In this document: positions 55,201 through 63,108 of the stretch, in pieces | Layout: every line of letters starts with the position of its first letter | Position numbering within the stretch: the first letter of the stretch is position 1 | Notes under the pieces: generated by a model | Databases searched by the model: none | Told to the model about the DNA's origin: nothing | Seen by the model: the letters and a program-made list of their open reading frames with translations, nothing else | Source: a virus | Lineage: Duplodnaviria; Caudoviricetes | IMG/VR virus record: IMGVR_UViG_2918843722_000002 | Span: 4,720 to 68,719 of that record | DNA: 64,000 nucleotides | Direction: 5' to 3' (one strand) | Program-made: the position numbers and the translations under genes

Positions 55201-56266
55201 CGAGTAGCTCTCGCGGACGGCGGTGCATGAACGGTTGCTCGATGAGCCGGTGCGCTGCCTCTGCCAATACCAACGTCGCGGTCGCGAAAATCAAGAACGA
55301 GACGACCGGGCGTTCGGCGAACCATCCATGCCTGAGCATGGTCCGTACGACGCTGCCATGGCACAGATACAGGGAATAACTTCTGCTGCTGAACCAGACA
55401 ATAACCCTCGATTCCCCGCCGACCTCAAGGTGTTTCCATGACTGGAAATACGCCCACACGACAATAGCCGCGAAGGATGCAGACGCGAGCGAGAAAGAGA
55501 AAGTGCGCAGGAAGAAAACCCCGACGTCAATCCTGCCCATCAGTATCTCGATGGTTACGAACACGCCAGCCGCGCCCGCAAGGCCGATCACGTTCTTCCA
55601 GTAGCGCATGCCGGTCGGAAACGTCCTGACGGCCCATATAGCCAGAATCCCGAAGGCTATCGCGTCCAGCCGCAGCGCGACAATGCGGCGCACATACAGA
55701 TCAAAGTCCGTGGTCGGATCGTAGAACCATACGCGCAGCGCGAGCGGAACGACGATGAGCGTCAAGGCGATAACCAGAATGCGCGCCCGCGCCGGCACCC
55801 CGACGAGCACCTCGAACATGGCCGGGAAGATCAGATAGAACCATTCTTCGATGGCCAGTGACCAGCTCTCGTGATACCACTGAGCCAGCATTGGCCACGC
55901 GAGGTTTTGCAGGAACAGCAGGTAAGCGAGACACTTCGCAGACCAGACCTTATCCAGCGTGAGACCGTAGATGGTGACGAACGCCGAAGCCACGAAAAAG
56001 ACGTAGTAGAGCGGCAGGGTGCGCATCCACCGGCGCACATAGAAATTGAGGCTGACGCGCCACGAAAAGCCACGCTCGAAGTCCCGCAGGATAATGCCGC
56101 CGATCAGGAACCCGCTCAGCGCGAAGAAGATCTCGACGCCCAGATCGCCGGTAACGTAGATTAGCTGCGGCGCATCCTTGAGCGCGAACGCGGAGTAGTG
56201 CACGGCGAGCACCGGCAGAATGGCGAACATGCGCACCACGTCCAGCCCGAAGTTTCGGTTTTTCAT
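55160..56266 (-). CDS. Acyltransferase-3 (OafA-like) O-acyltransferase
   Basis: GLDVVRMFAILPVLAVH, GVEIFFALSGFLI, FYVRR..R..P.Y, SWSLAIEEWFY, SYSLYL.H; about 10 TM helices. Confidence 0.93.
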   Translation of the reverse strand: MKNRNFGLDVVRMFAILPVLAVHYSAFALKDAPQLIYVTGDLGVEIFFALSGFLIGGIILRDFERGFSWRVSLNFYVRRWMRTLPLYYVFFVASAFVTIYGLTLDKVWSAKCLAYLLFLQNLAWPMLAQWYHESWSLAIEEWFYLIFPAMFEVLVGVPARARILVIALTLIVVPLALRVWFYDPTTDFDLYVRRIVALRLDAIAFGILAIWAVRTFPTGMRYWKNVIGLAGAAGVFVTIEILMGRIDVGVFFLRTFSFSLASASFAAIVVWAYFQSWKHLEVGGESRVIVWFSSRSYSLYLCHGSVVRTMLRHGWFAERPVVSFLIFATATLVLAEAAHRLIEQPFMHRRPRELLVNESAVPRGTLSQ

Positions 56267-56442
56267 TTTCGATTCCACCAGTCCCATTCGCTCGACGCCC
56301 ATATGGCAAGACCAGCCAAGTTCAGGAACAAGGTTCCTTCAGCGAACCGCATTCCTGCCAGCATCGCAATTATTGAGGCGATTGAAACTGCGCCCGCGGA
56401 CCGGACGACAATTTTGATGTAAAGGGGTGGCTGATCGTTCAT
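56263..56442 (-). CDS. Small two-TM membrane protein
   Basis: Stop overlaps the acyltransferase ATG; two hydrophobic segments. Confidence 0.6.
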   Translation of the reverse strand: MNDQPPLYIKIVVRSAGAVSIASIIAMLAGMRFAEGTLFLNLAGLAIWASSEWDWWNRK

Positions 56443-56536
56443 CGTCTGAGCTTTTTGGTATCGCGCGCAGTGTACAGGATTGGGACGGTCTTCTCGCTCC
56501 CGCCACAGGCAGCCAGGCAAACGCTCAGGGCTGCGA

Positions 56537-56818
56537 CTAATCCTGCTCGCCAGCGGGAACCTGCTTCACGTGTGCGCCGAATGTCTCCATCATTTGGAGC
56601 ACGCGTTCGAACTCTTCTTGAGTCAGCGCCATCCTTGCTGCACCGAGAAACGCCATGTGCGGACTCATTTTCCGCGGCTCCTGGCCGCCGGTGTACTTGC
56701 GCCATTGATGATCGCCGCCCAACCAGAACAGCTCGGCCATCTCCTTCCCGGTCGCATTGCGACGGCGCTTTAGCTCCGCCAGGTCTTCTGTCGATGGTTC
56801 GCTGAATTGGATTGGCAT
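56537..56818 (-). CDS. XRE/KorC-like HTH regulator
   Basis: TGKEMAELFWL....QWRKYTGG..PR.M. Confidence 0.75.
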   Translation of the reverse strand: MPIQFSEPSTEDLAELKRRRNATGKEMAELFWLGGDHQWRKYTGGQEPRKMSPHMAFLGAARMALTQEEFERVLQMMETFGAHVKQVPAGEQD

Positions 56819-56918
56819 GTCTTCTGGGTGCGCGGTCGAGGCGCGTGCTGTCGCTGATCTTCATTGGATACGTCCTTTCGGGTTGGTGGCCTGCGCGATT
56901 GCGCTAGCTCTGGGATGG

Positions 56919-56948
56919 ATATTAGACCCAATAGGTCTGAATCGTCAA
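56919..56948 (-). promoter_or_regulatory. Leftward promoter with a 17-bp palindromic operator in the spacer
   Basis: TTGACG-18-TAATAT (minus strand); TAGACC-CAATA-GGTCTG at 56923-56939. Confidence 0.65.
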
Positions 56949-56983
56949 GCGTTTTTGTGGGGACGCAACAACAAATATTGCAC

Positions 56984-57012
56984 TTGCACACCATACGCAG
57001 CTAGCGTATAGT
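56984..57012 (+). promoter_or_regulatory. higBA promoter with palindromic operator
   Basis: TTGCAC-17-TATAGT; ATACGC/GCGTAT inverted repeat at 56993-57009; ATG 7 nt after the -10. Confidence 0.75.
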
Positions 57013-57019
57013 TTTTCCT

Positions 57020-57385
57020 ATGCAAGCAACCTTCGTCGAACTCCCAACGTTCCAGAAACATCGTTCCGACTATCTATCGGATGACGAGTATCGGGCGTTG
57101 CAGGATGTGATGCTCGAAAAGCCTGATGCCGGCGACGTCATCAAAGGTACGGGCGGCTTGAGAAAGTTGCGCTTTGGCGACAAGCGGCGCGGCAAGGGAA
57201 AGCGAGGCGGATTGCGAGTCATCTACTACTATTGGGTCGAGGGGACTCAGTTCTGGTTGTTCACCATCTATGACAAGGATGAGATGGATGACCTTACCAA
57301 CGATGAGCGCAAGGCATTCGCCGGGTTGCTGGCATCTGAAATGCGAGTTAGGCACAAAGAAGCCAAAGTAAGGAGCGAATCATGA
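57020..57385 (+). CDS. higB: RelE/HigB-family toxin
   Basis: P.AGDVI.GTGGLRKLR...GKGKRGG.RVIYY...L.TIY.K.E. Confidence 0.92.
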   Translation: MQATFVELPTFQKHRSDYLSDDEYRALQDVMLEKPDAGDVIKGTGGLRKLRFGDKRRGKGKRGGLRVIYYYWVEGTQFWLFTIYDKDEMDDLTNDERKAFAGLLASEMRVRHKEAKVRSES

Positions 57386-57699
57386 AGAAGCGCCGCAGTC
57401 TGTTTGCCGAGTTGAAGGAAGGGATGGATGCCCTTGCTGCAGAGCGCGAGGGCAAAGTAACGCTGCATAAATTCACCGCGGCATCCCCTGAAGTCGTCCA
57501 GGTATCGCCAGAAGAGATCAAGGCCGTGCGCGAAGCCACGCATTCGTCGCAAGCCGTTATGGCGGCTCGTTTGCGCATCAACAAGCGAACATATGAGAAT
57601 TGGGAGCAAGGCAAAGCCAAACCCAACGCTCAAGCAGCCGTGCTTATCAAGCTCGTCGAAAAGCATCCAGAAACGCTAACGATGCTCGAAGCCCTGTAA
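57382..57699 (+). CDS. higA: HigA-family HTH antitoxin
   Basis: EEIKAVRE...SQA.MA..L.I..RTYENWEQG..KP. Confidence 0.92.
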   Translation: MKKRRSLFAELKEGMDALAAEREGKVTLHKFTAASPEVVQVSPEEIKAVREATHSSQAVMAARLRINKRTYENWEQGKAKPNAQAAVLIKLVEKHPETLTMLEAL

Positions 57700-57720
57700 C
57701 GATACAGCCAATTTCCACAC

Positions 57721-57749
57721 AAGCCGCCCACAGAGGCGGCTTTTTCTTT
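57721..57749 (+). terminator. Terminator after higBA
   Basis: AAGCCGCC/GGCGGCTT plus T-run. Confidence 0.75.
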
Positions 57750-57788
57750 TCTGCTCCCGCGCAGAATTTGCCCAACCAATCACACGAC

Positions 57789-57819
57789 CAAGCCCGCACC
57801 CGCGGGCTTTTTCTTTTTC
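57789..57819 (+). terminator. Second terminator-like hairpin
   Basis: AAGCCCGC/GCGGGCTT plus T-run. Confidence 0.65.
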
Positions 57820-57834
57820 TGAATCGGGGCCTCA

Positions 57835-58128
57835 ATGGATCTCATGTCCGCTGGCATCGGTGGCGCTGCCGCTACCGCTATTTGTTCCGTCTTCGGATGG
57901 ATGTTGAAACGCTCCATCGGACAGTTGGACAGGAAGTTAGAGGCACACGACGAAGCGCTTCAGAAGCGATCTGACGACCTGGCGGCGTTCAAGCTGCACT
58001 GTGCAGAGACTTACGCGACGCACTCCTCTGTCGAGAAGGCGATCGATGCGTTCAATCGATCAATCGATGCAGTTTTTGCGAAGCTAGATCGGATTGAGGA
58101 AAAGCTGGACAAAAAAGCTGACAAGTAA
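57835..58128 (+). CDS. Putative holin/antiholin (one TM plus coiled coil)
   Basis: N-terminal TM helix, C-terminal coiled coil, directly before the endolysin. Confidence 0.55.
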   Translation: MDLMSAGIGGAAATAICSVFGWMLKRSIGQLDRKLEAHDEALQKRSDDLAAFKLHCAETYATHSSVEKAIDAFNRSIDAVFAKLDRIEEKLDKKADK

Positions 58129-58129
58129 C

Positions 58130-58151
58130 AACCCGCTTCGGCGGGTTTTTT
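58130..58151 (+). terminator. Terminator-like hairpin before the endolysin
   Basis: AACCCGC-TTCG-GCGGGTT plus T-run. Confidence 0.7.
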
Positions 58152-58165
58152 ATTGGGCGCTCGCT

Positions 58166-58729
58166 ATGCAACTGAATGCCTCAATCATCGCCGCCGGCTG
58201 CGGCGCAACCGTGCTGCGCGCGGCCCAATGGCTGCAGCCGATTCAAGCTGCATGCGACAAATACTTGATCACCGCGCCGCTCGACGTAGCAGCATTCCTT
58301 GCGACGGTCGGCGTTGAATCGGCGCGCCTAACGCTTCTGCGCGAGTTGTGGGGGCCGACTGAAGAACAGAAGCGCTATGAGCCTCCGTCAGACAAGGCCA
58401 AGGCGCTTGGCAATACCGATCCGGGCGACGGTTTTAAGTACCGCGGCCGGGGATGCATCCAGATCACTGGCAAAGCGAACTATGCACTCTGCGGGCTCGC
58501 GCTTGACCTTGATCTCATCAACCATCCGGAATTGCTCGAGCAAACCGCCGATGCGGCGCTCTCTGCCGCCTGGTTCTGGCACAACAACAAGCTCAGCGCC
58601 CTAGCCGGTGATTTTCTCGCCGTATCCCGCGCCGTGAACCTGGGCAATCCGCACTCGAAGGCGATGCCAAACGGCTACTCGGAGCGCCTAGCCCTCTACG
58701 CCGCGGCCAAGAAAGCGCTGGGCCTCTAA
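58166..58729 (+). CDS. Endolysin, glycoside hydrolase family 19
   Basis: AAFLA..GVES, LGN..PGDG.KYRGRG.IQITGK.NY, SAAWFW, R.VN.G. Confidence 0.93.
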   Translation: MQLNASIIAAGCGATVLRAAQWLQPIQAACDKYLITAPLDVAAFLATVGVESARLTLLRELWGPTEEQKRYEPPSDKAKALGNTDPGDGFKYRGRGCIQITGKANYALCGLALDLDLINHPELLEQTADAALSAAWFWHNNKLSALAGDFLAVSRAVNLGNPHSKAMPNGYSERLALYAAAKKALGL

Positions 58730-58812
58730 ATATCCGCCCCACAGCTATTCCGCATTTATCCGCATACCGGCTAAACGCCAAATACAGCCAGTAGGCTGTT
58801 CACAGGATTCTC

Positions 58813-59232
58813 ATGGCCATCACGACAAACTCGGGCGTTGGCTCTTTCAGCTTCACGATCAAACAGGGAGGCGATTTCTCGCTGTCGCTAACCTGGCTTG
58901 ACGACAATGGCGCGCCGATGAACCTGACGGGCTATTCAATGGCCATGTCGATTGCGCGCGGTGTCGGACTCACTCCGATGCTGACCGTGTCGAGCGCGGC
59001 ATCAACGGGTAGCAGGATTGTTCTGGGCGGAACTGCGGGAACTATCGACGTCATTATCGCTGATGCTGATACCTCTTCACTCACATCGACCGGCCTGCCC
59101 TCCCTTCCAACGTTGACGAATTACCCTGTCTTCAGGCTCGGGCTCTACGACCTGAAATACACGGACCCGAGCGGGAATGTCGGCTATCTGCTTGAGGGCA
59201 TCGTTTCGCTAGACCCGAGGACCACCGCATGA
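58813..59232 (+). CDS. Tail-associated beta-sandwich (BppU-like) protein
   Basis: IKQGGDF...W.DDNG.P.NLTGY...YDL. Confidence 0.65.
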   Translation: MAITTNSGVGSFSFTIKQGGDFSLSLTWLDDNGAPMNLTGYSMAMSIARGVGLTPMLTVSSAASTGSRIVLGGTAGTIDVIIADADTSSLTSTGLPSLPTLTNYPVFRLGLYDLKYTDPSGNVGYLLEGIVSLDPRTTA

Positions 59233-59462
59233 GTTCGCTAACCATCAGCGTGAATGGCGGGTCGACGCAGGTTGTGCAGCTCGGCACGCTCAGCGCTGCT
59301 GTCAATCAGCAGATTACTCAGGCTGTCTCGGCTTCGGCCGCTAGTGCCGCTGCTGCCCAAGCCGCCGCCGCGCAAATCAATCTTTTCACGAGCGGCATCA
59401 CCGACCTCGGCTCAATCACGACCACTGTCGCGCAGACGTTCGACATGGGTTCACTTTCCTGA
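59229..59462 (+). CDS. Small tail-associated protein
   Basis: ATGA-coupled; DLGSI...DMGSL motif. Confidence 0.65.
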   Translation: MSSLTISVNGGSTQVVQLGTLSAAVNQQITQAVSASAASAAAAQAAAAQINLFTSGITDLGSITTTVAQTFDMGSLS

Positions 59463-59469
59463 CGGACAC

Positions 59470-59766
59470 ATGAGCAATCAACTTCAACTCAGGCGCGGGA
59501 CGGCTGCGCAGACGGCTTCATTCGTCGGCGCAGTTGGCGAGGTCACGGTTAGCACGGATGACCATGTCCTCCACTTACACGACGCGACGACGCCAGGCGG
59601 TTTCCCGATCGCGTTAGGCGGCGTGGTAGCCACTTTCGCCGCCCTCCCGGCAAATCCGCTGGGCTTGTACCTGGTAGTCGCCGATGAAACGAAAAGCGGC
59701 AATCCCTCGATCTACTTCTTCAATGGCGGCCATCGGTACTGGGTCGCAATGGTTCAGGACGCGTAA
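59470..59766 (+). CDS. Mtd/hyaluronidase-N-like fibre domain protein
   Basis: QLQLRRGTAAQ..F.GA.GEVTV.TD...L.LHD..T.GG. Confidence 0.75.
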   Translation: MSNQLQLRRGTAAQTASFVGAVGEVTVSTDDHVLHLHDATTPGGFPIALGGVVATFAALPANPLGLYLVVADETKSGNPSIYFFNGGHRYWVAMVQDA

Positions 59767-60083
59767 TGACGACACTCTTTCCGGTTCAGACCACGCCATC
59801 GCCCGCCACGCTGACTGACCGTAGCGGCACCATTGCGACTGGCGGAACAGCCCAGCAACTCGCCGCAGCTAATGCTTCCCGCAAGGGTTGGCGGCTGCAA
59901 AACACCTCCAACGGCGATCTCTGGTTCAACGATACGGGCGGCACCGCAAGCGCGGCTGGCGCTGGCTCTTTCAAACTTGCGTCCGGTGGTTACTACGAGA
60001 CTCCGGTTGGTGGGTCGTCGCAAACGGCTATCAGCATCTTCGGAGCCACCACGGCCCAAACCTTCAGTGCGTCGGAGTGGTAA
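59766..60083 (+). CDS. Small beta-sandwich virion protein
   Basis: RKGWRLQNTS..DLW motif, paralogous to 27285-27638. Confidence 0.7.
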   Translation: MTTLFPVQTTPSPATLTDRSGTIATGGTAQQLAAANASRKGWRLQNTSNGDLWFNDTGGTASAAGAGSFKLASGGYYETPVGGSSQTAISIFGATTAQTFSASEW

Positions 60084-60086
60084 AGC

Positions 60087-61379
60087 ATGCTCAGCAATCC
60101 GACCATAATTGCGCGCACGCATGAAAACGCGATTGCGCTGCTTGGCGATAGCCGCACCGACATGGTGTCGGACAACACATCGTCCATCACACAGTTTGCC
60201 TCGAATGGCTATTTCACATGGACCCGGTTCCTCTCGGGTCAACGCGTCTATTTCGATGACACGCTCAACTTCGGCGTATCAGGCGACACGATTGCCATGG
60301 CGTCGGCCCGCGTGCCGAACGTTATCGCATCTGGCGTAAGCCGTTGCATTGTGCTGATCGGCACTAACGATCTGGCTATCACGCCGATTGCTACGATGAT
60401 CAGCCAGTGGACGAACAACATCATCCTGCCTTTGCAACGTGGCGGGGTGCAGCCTATCGTCGTTCTGGAATATCCGCGCGTCGGTATCAGTTCGTTGGCA
60501 CTGGGCGTCAAGAACCAGTTCAACGATTACATCCGCCGTTTTGCGCAATCTCAGCACTCCGTTCCGCAGGCCGTCCGGGCAATCCTCGTAGATCCGCAGG
60601 ACTACATGGAGGACTATGCTGGAGCCGCAGGAAGTGCGCTCTCGGGTCGCCTCTATGACGGTACTCACCCGAGCATGATCGGCGCATACTGGCTCGGCAA
60701 GGCACTCGCGGATGTGATCAACCAGCTATATCCGCCTGTCCGTTGGTCGTGCAGCCCGGCTGATCTGTACGATGCGACGCTCAATCCGCGCGGCGCCCTG
60801 AACGCCAACCCGGCCTTGCTGGGAACCGCTGGCTTATTGGTGGCGAATACGGGTGTCACGCCTACTGGGCAAGTCGCAACCGGATTCAAGTTGTACCGCG
60901 GCGCAGGAACCTCAACGTCGCTCACGTTCTCTGGCGCGAAGGAAAACCCGCGAACCGATGGGCCTACTTCCGGCGAGCGCCAGCGCGTGACCGTCAGCAT
61001 TACCGGCACAGGATCAAGCACAGAAACATACATCCTGCAGCCGACCACGAACCCATCTTCGTACATCGCTGCTGGGACCACGGTCGAACTGTCCTGCCAG
61101 GTCGAATTTGCATCCGCGCCGGTCAACCTGATCGGTCTGGAGCTGCAAATGGCAGAGATCGGCCCGGCGTCACCGCGGCAGGCCGTCGATATGGTGCGGC
61201 AGACCGGTTTCCAGATGCCCTCGATTGCTGTGTCGGGAATGCTCCGGACGCCGCCATTCACCCTGCAAGCGGGCGTTACGTCGATCAGCAGCTATATCCG
61301 CATGGTGTTTGACGCCAGCAGCGGGACCGCCAGCGGCGATATCAAGGTCGGCAACTTCCAGATGCGGCCGGTTCTTTAA
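60087..61379 (+). CDS. SGNH/GDSL esterase
   Basis: LLGDSRT (block I), GVSGDT (II), LIGTND (III), DGTHP (V); C-terminal beta domain. Confidence 0.92.
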   Translation: MLSNPTIIARTHENAIALLGDSRTDMVSDNTSSITQFASNGYFTWTRFLSGQRVYFDDTLNFGVSGDTIAMASARVPNVIASGVSRCIVLIGTNDLAITPIATMISQWTNNIILPLQRGGVQPIVVLEYPRVGISSLALGVKNQFNDYIRRFAQSQHSVPQAVRAILVDPQDYMEDYAGAAGSALSGRLYDGTHPSMIGAYWLGKALADVINQLYPPVRWSCSPADLYDATLNPRGALNANPALLGTAGLLVANTGVTPTGQVATGFKLYRGAGTSTSLTFSGAKENPRTDGPTSGERQRVTVSITGTGSSTETYILQPTTNPSSYIAAGTTVELSCQVEFASAPVNLIGLELQMAEIGPASPRQAVDMVRQTGFQMPSIAVSGMLRTPPFTLQAGVTSISSYIRMVFDASSGTASGDIKVGNFQMRPVL

Positions 61380-61397
61380 GCCTCAGCACTTCCATGC

Positions 61398-61420
61398 AGC
61401 CGCCTTCGGGCGGCTTTTTT
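61398..61420 (+). terminator. Rho-independent terminator
   Basis: AGCCGCC-TTCG-GGCGGCT plus T-run. Confidence 0.75.
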
Positions 61421-61786
61421 ATGTCTATGCCAATCATCAAACACCTGGTCGATGCTGCAAAAGGAAAGCATCCGGTGACTGCCAAACGCTCGTCGCATTG
61501 GCCCACAGTACGAAAGCAGCATCTAGCGCTGCACCCGACATGCGCAGTCTGTGGCGGCACCGAAAACCTCGAAGTGCATCATCGGCGTCCTTTCCATCTG
61601 CATCCCGATCTCGAGCTAGATCCTGCCAATCTGGTGACGCTCTGCGAATCGAAAAAGAGCGGCGTGAACTGCCACCTTTGGTTCGGCCACCTCGGAAATT
61701 TCCGTAGTTTCAATGTTGACGTGTTGCTCGATGCTGCCACCTGGCTCGGCAAGCTTAAGAGCCGCCCGCTATCTGATAAGGAATGA
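61421..61786 (+). CDS. HNH endonuclease
   Basis: CAVCGG...LEVHH..PFH...NLVTLC...CH. Confidence 0.88.
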   Translation: MSMPIIKHLVDAAKGKHPVTAKRSSHWPTVRKQHLALHPTCAVCGGTENLEVHHRRPFHLHPDLELDPANLVTLCESKKSGVNCHLWFGHLGNFRSFNVDVLLDAATWLGKLKSRPLSDKE

Positions 61787-62004
61787 ACATGAATCAAACT
61801 TCAGCCGTAGTTACCGGCGGTATCGCTATCAGCACCGCTACCCTCATGCCCGCAGTCGAGTGGGCTCTTGGGCTCGCGTTCCATGTCCCGGTCCCGCCCA
61901 GCGTTTCATCGCTTGTCGCTGGCGTCCTGGTCGCTGGCGTGCATGCCGGCATCGATTTCATCAAGACCCGCGCAGCAGCCAAGGCAGCAACCCCGGCAGC
62001 CTGA
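61783..62004 (+). CDS. Putative holin (two TM helices)
   Basis: Two hydrophobic segments, basic C-tail, dual-start-like M-N-M. Confidence 0.5.
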   Translation: MNMNQTSAVVTGGIAISTATLMPAVEWALGLAFHVPVPPSVSSLVAGVLVAGVHAGIDFIKTRAAAKAATPAA

Positions 62005-62051
62005 TCCCCGCAGTTTTCAGCAGTTCTCCGTTTTCTACTGAAGGACACTCC

Positions 62052-62477
62052 ATGAAACGCCTTTCCATGCTGCTCGCGGCAGCCCTTGTCGCGCTCGTTT
62101 CCGGCTGTGCATCGACCGGCACCGTTAAGACGCCGGCTCAAATCGCCGCTCAGGTATGCCCCCCGACTCAAACCGCTATCACGTCGCTGCAAGCTGTTGT
62201 TGGCCTAAGCGACGATGCAAAGGCAAGGCTGGCTGAAGCCGCGCCGGTTGTCGCTGCGGTCTGCTCGGCAGGTTCGAGCGTAAGCGTTGTCGATCTGAAG
62301 TCGCTTGGCGCGAATGCTCTGCCGGCCGTTATGGCTGTCGTGAATGCATCGCCACTTTCCGATCAGGACAAGACGAAGATCGGCATTGACCTGACCGTTG
62401 CGCAGATTGTGCTGTCGAGCGTCCTTGCATCGTTGCCGGCCACTGCTGATCCAGCATCGGCGGCGAGCGGTGTATGA
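62052..62477 (+). CDS. Lipoprotein (possible unimolecular spanin-like)
   Basis: MKRLSMLLAAALVALVSG-C lipobox; AAGGA RBS; hydrophobic C-terminal stretch. Confidence 0.7.
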   Translation: MKRLSMLLAAALVALVSGCASTGTVKTPAQIAAQVCPPTQTAITSLQAVVGLSDDAKARLAEAAPVVAAVCSAGSSVSVVDLKSLGANALPAVMAVVNASPLSDQDKTKIGIDLTVAQIVLSSVLASLPATADPASAASGV

Positions 62478-62860
62478 GCGCGTTCGTCAAGCCCTATGAC
62501 ACGTTGGATGCGGATCTGATAAAGGACGAGCCAGCGACGTGGCGCTTAAACGAGCCGCTCGTCTATCAGTCCGACGTCGCGAAGATCACCATCACGGTTC
62601 CGGCCGGCTTCGTCACTGACCTTGCCAGCACGCCTAGAATCCCGTTTGTCTACGAGTTTGCGGGCGGCGTTGCCAACATGGCAAGCGTCATTCATGACTA
62701 CGCGTACTCAACGCATATCGTGGACCGGAAGACGGCTGACGCGATTCTGCGTGAGGCGTCGGCTGTTACCGGTGTCTCGTGGCTAACCCGCCAAGCGATG
62801 TATATCGGCGTTCGCGCCTTCGGCTGGTCGCATTGGGGCAACGGCCCCGCTGCCGCCTGA
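62474..62860 (+). CDS. DUF1353 protein
   Basis: ITVPAGFVTDLASTPR, A.VIHDY.Y, R..AD.I.REA. Confidence 0.85.
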   Translation: MSAFVKPYDTLDADLIKDEPATWRLNEPLVYQSDVAKITITVPAGFVTDLASTPRIPFVYEFAGGVANMASVIHDYAYSTHIVDRKTADAILREASAVTGVSWLTRQAMYIGVRAFGWSHWGNGPAAA

Positions 62861-62861
62861 G

Positions 62862-62890
62862 TTGTAAACCCGCCTCATTGGCGGTATGCT
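62862..62890 (+). promoter_or_regulatory. Sigma70 promoter driving a non-coding RNA
   Basis: TTGTAA-17-TATGCT, 6 nt before the RNA 5' stem. Confidence 0.75.
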
Positions 62891-62896
62891 GTATGT

Positions 62897-63061
62897 GGAG
62901 TGAATGCGCAGGTGCTGACTGCGCTAATCAGCGGAGCGAGAGCCCTGTTTGTCAGAAATCCGCGGCAGAACCTGTGACGCCCAGGCGGAGCAGGGGTGTA
63001 AAACGAGGCGTCGGGATGAACGCCTATTGCCCGCAAGCCGGAGATCAGCACCGGCCACTCC
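62897..63061 (+). ncRNA. tRNA-like RNA with an expanded central domain, paralogue of 11312-11422
   Basis: GGAGTG/CACTCC acceptor; AAT-GCGCAG-GTGCTGA-CTGCGC arm; GCCGG-AGATCAGCA-CCGGC arm; internal CCCTG/CAGGG and AGGCGT/ACGCCT stems. Confidence 0.7.
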
Positions 63062-63108
63062 CCCTTACCTCTTCCAGCGCTCTTTGAAGCGTGCTGGAAC
63101 ACCCCTCC

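Noticed and set aside
56439-56864. 141-aa ORF overlapping the HTH gene
   Set aside because: Almost entirely overlaps a better-supported gene on the same strand and is compositionally shadow-like; only its C-terminal lipobox relic is noted
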